From an uncultured euryarchaeote (GTDB taxonomy: Archaea; Thermoplasmatota; Poseidoniia; Poseidoniales; Poseidoniaceae): a stretch of 64,000 nt of DNA. Positions 57,946 to 64,000 of the stretch are shown here, in pieces. The stretch is taken from the NCBI GenBank assembly GCA_937899865.1, contig CALBRH010000054.1:23603-87602 (forward strand). The letters are read 5' to 3'. The notes beneath the pieces were generated by a model. The model had not been told where the DNA came from. It did not search any database and was given only the letters and a program-made list of their open reading frames with translations. Each line of letters starts with the position of its first letter. Position 1 is the stretch's first letter. The position numbers were made by a program, and so were the translations under genes.

Positions 57946-60900
57946 ATGTCCAACATGGATTGTTCAACAACAAATATCAAGTCTAGGTGCTTATTAATTT
58001 GCGGATTGATGTTATTCTCCGTATTGTCTTTATTAGCAGCACCAGTACAAGCATCTACTTCTAGTCAGAATGATTTTGGTACTTCTGGAGGAGATTTACC
58101 TAATGATTTATCAAACCCAAGTGCAATTCCCAACATCATTTTCTCGGGTCAAGTAAGTGGCAATGGACAACTTATTCCCGCTTCAGATTATGATTACTTG
58201 AAAGTAAACTTAGGCTCAAATGAAGGGCTTGCTGCCGAATTGTCTTTTGATGTAAGAGATGATTTTGATATTAGTCTCCTCGACAGCAGTGGGAATTATC
58301 TTGACACTTCGTGGCACTCAAACCCAGAATATGTTACTACCAATGGTTCAGGTTACTTTGGCACAGTTTACATCGAAATAATGTCAAACACTCACCAACC
58401 ACCAATTTATGATGAGAACTACACAATCACAATTTGGAAGTTCGCTTATCAATCTGGACAAACCCAGAATGATATCGCAACTGGAGGAGACTTACCAAAC
58501 AGCATAACAAGCTCGAATATACCTAATTTGGCTTTTTCAGGAACCACTACCGTATCAGGTCAATTGTTTCCCGGTGGTGATGATTATGATTACTTTAGTG
58601 TAACCTTGGCCGCAAATGAAGGCCTCGCTGTAGGCTTAAGTTTTGATGCGGCTGATGATTTTGATTTGGGTCTTTGGGATTCACCACAACATAATATTGT
58701 GGTAACATCTTACACTAGCAATAATCCAGAATATGTCACTACGAATGGCTCTTTTGGAACCAATGCTCAAACAGTATATATCGAAATATGTACTGCTAAT
58801 CATGGCAGTCCTGTGTATGATAACAACTACAGTGTAACTTTGTGGAAGTTTTCAGCATCAGCATCAAATCCAAGCACTCAAAATGATGTTGGTATAACAA
58901 ATTACGACCTGCCTGATTCCAATACTGCCCTACAATCGGATCCTAACTTCCCGGTACCACTCAATGGAGCAGCACCGTATTATTCAGGAGTAAATAGCGC
59001 TGAACTTGACCTAAACGGAGATGATGATGATTGGTTATCTGTGACTCTTAATGCTAATGAAGGGTTTGCCTTCCAAATTACCTATCCAACAACTTCGACT
59101 AATGGTAGTATAACATACTCCAATGATTTTGAATTATACATCTATGATTCTAATATGAATACGATTGATTCTTCAATATTGAATAATCCTGAATATGTCA
59201 CAACAAACAACTCAATGTCTGGCACTGGTCATGGAGGTACCATTTTCATCCACATTTACCGGTATGATGGCTTTGGTACTTATGACTTAGAATTCTGGAC
59301 ATGGAGTACCTCCTCAACAGGTGGCGGTGGCGGTAGCGGTATCAGCAACGGTTCTGCTGTACCTTCACCATGTACTGGCAATTCAGCAGTTCCTGATATT
59401 CTTGAGCCAAATGACGATGCAACAATCGCCACACTGGCATCAATACTACCAATTTACTGTACTGGATTGACTGCTGATATTGATTCTGCTGGTATCGAAA
59501 ATGAAGATTACTATGAAATCCAGATGATCAGCGGAGTGACCTATTACTTCAATTTGACATTCTCACATGTTAACGGAGATGTAGACGCAAGATTAGAGGA
59601 CTCATCCGGAAGCACGTTAAGTTTCAACAATTTTGCCTCTATGTCTTCCTCTACTGATAATGAGGCAGGAGAATATACCGCTACTTCGAACTTTACAGCA
59701 TACTTTGTAGTCTATCACTACTCAAGTTTTGGAGCAACTGGAGCAGTTTCTAACGTCTATGATGTTGAGATATCAACTGACAATCCTGGTGGCGGTCAGT
59801 CAATTTCAAGCATCGAAGTGACAATGAACAACTTAACCAGTTTCACTATTGAGATGAATGGTTTAGTTGTTGGAGATAATTATCAGTATGACTATTACAC
59901 CGAAGTTGATTATTTGAGTAATAGTACATCTATACCTAGCCCAGTAATGGGGCCATACAGTTTCACTGCTACCGCTACTAGTGAAGTAATCAATTTGACA
60001 TCGAGTGGTGGGGATGTTGAAGGCCTTTATTTCGCTGAAGCCAAATTATATGATGCCTCGGGTACTAAATTAGATGAAGATGGCGATGAGATATACCAGG
60101 AGGTACTTGTTACTGAAACTACATCTTCAACTACCGGCGAGATAGTTGCAACTAATTTGTCAGTAGGCACCACATACACGATAAATTGGATGGCAATAAA
60201 TTATGTAACTTTTGACAATCTAATGATAAATAATTCTATGACTATGGGTGAGGCAATAAATTCCTCAAAGATTGACGAAGGGTATGACAACTACTCCGCA
60301 ACCGCTACTTCAGAAACTTGGCAAGTCTCATGGAATAACCCTATTTCAATGGATGAGCACGCATTTGTCGCCATTATTTATGTTAAAGATGCGGTTATAG
60401 ATCGTGATTATGAGCTTGATGGGGCAATTGGCATCCATGGTACTTTATTCGTTCCTCAATTACCGTCAGCAATAATCACTAGCTATTCATTTAGTAATAC
60501 TTCTACAACTAATGATTTCTCTTCCGAAGGCTTAGATCTAGTAACTGGAGACACTTACTATCAACAATTTAGAGTTGAAGACCCAAGTGGAGCTGACATT
60601 GAATATTCTGCAATGAATACAGTAACTGCTACCGCTCAAAATATGTCATTTGGAACATTCTACTACAATACACCAACTATTTCAGGAGTATATTGTTTGT
60701 TTACTGATTTATATGATGCTAATTATGTTCAGATAGTTGGAGATTATGCATGTATACAATATATCTTCGATGATGATGGTGATGGTGTTGCAAATGAGCA
60801 AGACCTTTGCGTAAATACTCCTCAAGGTTCTATAGTAGACCTCAATGGTTGTGCAACCTCACAAAAGGACACAGATAATGATGGCTACAATGATGATGTA

Positions 60901-62970
60901 GATGATTTCCCATATGATGACACTCAATGGTTAGATAGTGATGGCGACGGTTATGGTGACAATTCAATGGGCAATTCACCAGATGCATTCCCATACGATA
61001 ATACTCAGTGGAGTGACGCTGATGGGGACGGCTATGGTGACAACATATTGGGTAATAATTCCGATGCATTCCCATTTGATCCAACCCAATGGGCTGATTC
61101 GGATGGCGATGGCTATGGTGACAATGCCAATGGTAACAATCCAGACATGTGGCCAGCAGATGGCTCACAGTGGACTGATACTGATGGTGATGGATATGGT
61201 GATAATTCAAGTGGCACTAATGGAGATGCATTCCCATTTGACAATTCTCAATGGGCAGATAATGATGGTGATGGTTATGGCGACAATGCCAATGGCAACA
61301 ATCCGGATGCTTTCCCTAATGATGGAACTCAATGGGAAGATGCTGATGGCGATGGTTACGGCGACAACATCAATGGCAACAATGCAGATAAATTCCCTCA
61401 AGATAATACTCAATGGTATGATTCAGATAACGATGGTTACGGAGATAACCAACAAGGCAACAATCCTGATGCCTTCCCATCTGATGGCACACAATGGTTA
61501 GATGTTGATGGTGATGGTTTTGGCGATAATCAAAACGGCAACAACCCAGATAAATTCCCTCAAGACAATACTCAATGGCAAGATTCAGACTTAGATGGAC
61601 TTGGCGACAATGCAAATGGCAACAATCCAGACTTGTGTCCAGGTACACCGTTTGGTGAAGTTGTAGACGCAAACGGTTGTTCAACTTCCCAAACTGATTC
61701 CGATCAAGATGGAGTCTCAGATAGCCAAGATGGGTGTCCAAATACACCTGCTGGTGAAATTGTTAACATCAATGGTTGCTCTGAAACTCAATTAGACGAT
61801 GATAATGATGGAGTCGTCAATCAATATGACCTATGTCCATCAACACCCCAAAATGCAATGGTAGATTCTACAGGCTGTGCTAATGTTCAATTAGATAGCG
61901 ATAATGATGGCATTAATGATGCTTTAGATTCATGCCCTTCAACTAATCCAAATGTACCTGTTGACGGTTTTGGTTGTGCAGCTGACCAACGTGATATTGA
62001 TGGTGATGGTGTAAACGATAACCTTGACACCTGTCCAAACACTCCTCTTTCTGAAAATGCTGCCAATAACGGTTGTTCTGAATCACAAATTGATTCAGAT
62101 TTAGATGGTGTTTTCAACAACGTCGATCAATGTCCCAATACTACACTACTAGACTTGAATGGCGATGGTGAGTTCGATATTGATTCTGTAGGTTGTTCAC
62201 CAATTCAATATGATGATGATAGTGATATGATTGACAATACCATTGACCAGTGCCCTGTTACGCCAATTGGTGAACAGGTAGATTCCGATGGCTGCTCCCA
62301 ATCACAACTAGATGAAGACAATGATGATATTTGGAACTCTGATGATTTATGTTTCGATACTTTACCCGGGCTAGCGGTTGATCAAAATGGCTGTTCAGAA
62401 TTCCAAAAAGATGACGACCAGGATGGACTTGTGAATGCTGAAGATGCATGTCCAAACACTCCTATCGGTGAAATTATTGATAACAATGGTTGTAGTTTAA
62501 CTCAACTAGATTCTGATGGTGACGGGGTAAATGATTTAGATGACGCTTTCCCTCAAGATAGAAATGAATCAGTTGATACTGATGGTGATGGAGTGCCAGA
62601 TAGATTAGATGCTTATCCACAAGATGTTACTCGTTCTGAAGCTAAAGCAGAAGAAGATGGCACTGGATTCATGTTTATTCTTATTGCAATTTTTGCTATT
62701 GGGGTAATTGGTGCTTTGTTAGTTGTTAGGAATAGGGCTCCATCGCAGAATAATTCACCATTTGCTGAAGCCACATATCAAGACACTGCTACTGAAGCAA
62801 ATATGGCAGAAATGTACGATTCTAAAGAAGTTCCAACGATTGAACAACAAGGGGTACAACAACAAAACCAAACTTGGGAAGAAAACGGAGTTCACTGGTC
62901 AATGGCACCTGATGGCACACTATCTTACTATGATGAAGCTACTCAATCTTGGTTAGTATACATAAACTGA
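57946..62970 (+). CDS. Very large surface protein: tandem PPC-like beta modules, thrombospondin type-3 repeats, TM helix, short cytoplasmic tail
   Basis: Signal peptide after ATG 57946; tandem QND...DL...NEG...NPEYVTTN modules; DGDG and D.CP arrays; TM FMFILIAIFAIGVIGALLVV. Confidence 0.88.
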   Translation: MSNMDCSTTNIKSRCLLICGLMLFSVLSLLAAPVQASTSSQNDFGTSGGDLPNDLSNPSAIPNIIFSGQVSGNGQLIPASDYDYLKVNLGSNEGLAAELSFDVRDDFDISLLDSSGNYLDTSWHSNPEYVTTNGSGYFGTVYIEIMSNTHQPPIYDENYTITIWKFAYQSGQTQNDIATGGDLPNSITSSNIPNLAFSGTTTVSGQLFPGGDDYDYFSVTLAANEGLAVGLSFDAADDFDLGLWDSPQHNIVVTSYTSNNPEYVTTNGSFGTNAQTVYIEICTANHGSPVYDNNYSVTLWKFSASASNPSTQNDVGITNYDLPDSNTALQSDPNFPVPLNGAAPYYSGVNSAELDLNGDDDDWLSVTLNANEGFAFQITYPTTSTNGSITYSNDFELYIYDSNMNTIDSSILNNPEYVTTNNSMSGTGHGGTIFIHIYRYDGFGTYDLEFWTWSTSSTGGGGGSGISNGSAVPSPCTGNSAVPDILEPNDDATIATLASILPIYCTGLTADIDSAGIENEDYYEIQMISGVTYYFNLTFSHVNGDVDARLEDSSGSTLSFNNFASMSSSTDNEAGEYTATSNFTAYFVVYHYSSFGATGAVSNVYDVEISTDNPGGGQSISSIEVTMNNLTSFTIEMNGLVVGDNYQYDYYTEVDYLSNSTSIPSPVMGPYSFTATATSEVINLTSSGGDVEGLYFAEAKLYDASGTKLDEDGDEIYQEVLVTETTSSTTGEIVATNLSVGTTYTINWMAINYVTFDNLMINNSMTMGEAINSSKIDEGYDNYSATATSETWQVSWNNPISMDEHAFVAIIYVKDAVIDRDYELDGAIGIHGTLFVPQLPSAIITSYSFSNTSTTNDFSSEGLDLVTGDTYYQQFRVEDPSGADIEYSAMNTVTATAQNMSFGTFYYNTPTISGVYCLFTDLYDANYVQIVGDYACIQYIFDDDGDGVANEQDLCVNTPQGSIVDLNGCATSQKDTDNDGYNDDVDDFPYDDTQWLDSDGDGYGDNSMGNSPDAFPYDNTQWSDADGDGYGDNILGNNSDAFPFDPTQWADSDGDGYGDNANGNNPDMWPADGSQWTDTDGDGYGDNSSGTNGDAFPFDNSQWADNDGDGYGDNANGNNPDAFPNDGTQWEDADGDGYGDNINGNNADKFPQDNTQWYDSDNDGYGDNQQGNNPDAFPSDGTQWLDVDGDGFGDNQNGNNPDKFPQDNTQWQDSDLDGLGDNANGNNPDLCPGTPFGEVVDANGCSTSQTDSDQDGVSDSQDGCPNTPAGEIVNINGCSETQLDDDNDGVVNQYDLCPSTPQNAMVDSTGCANVQLDSDNDGINDALDSCPSTNPNVPVDGFGCAADQRDIDGDGVNDNLDTCPNTPLSENAANNGCSESQIDSDLDGVFNNVDQCPNTTLLDLNGDGEFDIDSVGCSPIQYDDDSDMIDNTIDQCPVTPIGEQVDSDGCSQSQLDEDNDDIWNSDDLCFDTLPGLAVDQNGCSEFQKDDDQDGLVNAEDACPNTPIGEIIDNNGCSLTQLDSDGDGVNDLDDAFPQDRNESVDTDGDGVPDRLDAYPQDVTRSEAKAEEDGTGFMFILIAIFAIGVIGALLVVRNRAPSQNNSPFAEATYQDTATEANMAEMYDSKEVPTIEQQGVQQQNQTWEENGVHWSMAPDGTLSYYDEATQSWLVYIN
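58066..59300 (+). repeat. Three tandem ~130-aa coding modules
   Basis: Each starts QND (58066, 58465, about 58880) and contains DDFD/NDFE..L.D and NPEYVTTN. Confidence 0.8.
60770..62620 (+). repeat. Coding thrombospondin type-3 repeat array with two repeat types
   Basis: About ten 23-aa QW.D.DGDG.GDN..G.N.D.FP units flanked by D.D.DGV....D.CP.T...VD..GC units. Confidence 0.88.
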
Positions 62971-63035
62971 TTCTGTTGCAATGGTAGCAATGAAAGACAC
63001 CTATTGCAATCCCATTGACTAGATTGGGAATTTTA

Positions 63036-63371
63036 ATGGGTATGTCCAAAAACCCTTTGAATAAAGAAATTATAATTTATCCTGTGGCGACAATTAAGAC
63101 GAGCCTTGGCGAGGTTTTGAGAGTTGATTTACACGATTTAGCTCTGTGGCAGGCTAAGGATAAAATCAAAGATCAATTAAATATCGCAGCAGAAAGAGGG
63201 TTGGCAGGGTTATATTTGATTCATGGATTCAACAGTGGTGACAGAATCAAAACCTACATTAGAGGTGGTTCATTACAAAATTCATTAACAGATAGAGGGA
63301 TTAAATCAAAGATTTATCCAGTTAGAGGAAATCCTGGTACTTCAGCCATTATTTTCTTGAATGACGAATAA
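63036..63371 (+). CDS. Smr (small MutS-related) domain protein
   Basis: VDLHDL...A and LIHGFNSG..IK, ending GNPGTS. Confidence 0.75.
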   Translation: MGMSKNPLNKEIIIYPVATIKTSLGEVLRVDLHDLALWQAKDKIKDQLNIAAERGLAGLYLIHGFNSGDRIKTYIRGGSLQNSLTDRGIKSKIYPVRGNPGTSAIIFLNDE

Positions 63372-63381
63372 ATCTAGCTAT

Positions 63382-63493
63382 TGCAAAGGGGGCATTCGGA
63401 AGGGTAGCGTCTGTATCGGCCCACTGAATCCCCTTTGTATCGGAAAATAAAATGTCAAGGGGTTTCGGATAACCCCACGCGATTCATCCGAAA
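63382..63493. other. GC-rich structured intergenic element between convergent genes
   Basis: About 14-bp stem 63382-63397/63426-63439; GGGGTT/AACCCC stem 63459-63476; TTTCGGAT 63463-63470 complementary to ATCCGAAA 63486-63493. Confidence 0.5.
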
Positions 63494-63500
63494 TGATATG

Positions 63501-64000
63501 TTAATTGATACGTCCTGTTTTTTTAGCCCAACTAATTGGATTTGTTCTGAATAGTTCGGAAGAAAGGCCTTTTCGATCAGGTGCGCGGATTTCTGTAGCC
63601 AACATATTTGACTCGAATAATCGAGCATCACCTTCGGTTTCAAACGGAATTGATTCAACTAGGGTTAATTTCCAACCCGAAGAAACCGAGTATTTGGAGA
63701 AATTGCGTATGTGTTGTTTCAGTCGGTGTTCAGGAGAGTAACTTATCCCGCCCATCCAATCGACTTCTTTTCCTTTGTTATCTTCTTTAGTTCCCTTTGT
63801 ATTATCTTGGGATCTACTAAATTTTTTTGACGAGCTAGTTCCTCTTTTCTCTCAATAGCTAGTTTACAATAATAGACATTTTTAGTATCTGCTTTAAGGT
63901 CAAGCAGGGGTAGAGTGGCTAATTCATTTATTGTATCATCAAGATTACCTTTATTCTTACCAATTATTTCATCTATTTTATTATTGTATATTGTTTCTTC
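63501..64000 (-). pseudogene. GIY-YIG nuclease-domain gene split by a frameshift (partial, enters from the right edge)
   Basis: Frame open from 64000 (EETIYNNK...KNVYYCKL...KKSIGWAG*) stops at 63743; a second frame continues GISYSPEHRLKQH...FETEGDARLFE to 63501. Confidence 0.6.

Noticed and set aside
60938-61501. Alternative-frame Met/Val- or His-rich ORFs over the TSP3 arrays (also 24643-25353)
   Set aside because: Expected by-products of repeated GAT/GGT codons; no independent start signals.
60770-62620. CRISPR array or DNA tandem repeat
   Set aside because: Repeats are degenerate at synonymous positions, in frame within a long ORF and lack unique spacers; the same applies to 24860-26430.
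63440-63500. Hammerhead ribozyme (GATGA...CGAAAC on the minus strand)
   Set aside because: The CUGAnGA core is not intact and those bases are used in another stem.

Overview
A gene-dense, AT-rich archaeal chromosome segment. It is most likely from Marine Group II Thermoplasmatota (Ca. Poseidoniales), inferred from the archaeal RNA polymerase operon with unsplit rpoB, several bacterial-type metabolic genes and large thrombospondin-type-3 repeat surface proteins. Housekeeping content: aCPSF1 (partial), psmB, trpS, thyA-folA, rps3ae, pdxS, purP, the rpoH-B-A1-A2-rpl30e operon, tRNA-Lys(TTT), RNase P Pop5, and a propionyl/methylmalonyl-CoA cluster. No integrase, transposase or CRISPR array was seen. 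Two loci stand out. (1) 19353-21422 encodes a eukaryote-like Cid1/TUT-family non-canonical nucleotidyltransferase that has the His associated with UTP selection, fused to an archaeal coiled-coil domain. (2) 42915-48745 is a Rieske/cytochrome b6-type operon with no canonical cytochrome c, in which subunit IV is fused to a cytoplasmic HdrD-like 2x[4Fe-4S]+2xCCG module; it abuts a convergent AsnB/GshA/ferredoxin operon. Other points: a shared N-terminal domain on two RNAP subunits, large RNAP insertions, a SAP domain on S3Ae, a HemK-BirA fusion, an unannotated 37-aa membrane protein, structured intergenic elements and a frameshifted GIY-YIG gene at the right edge. All calls come from motif recognition by eye; no searches were run.
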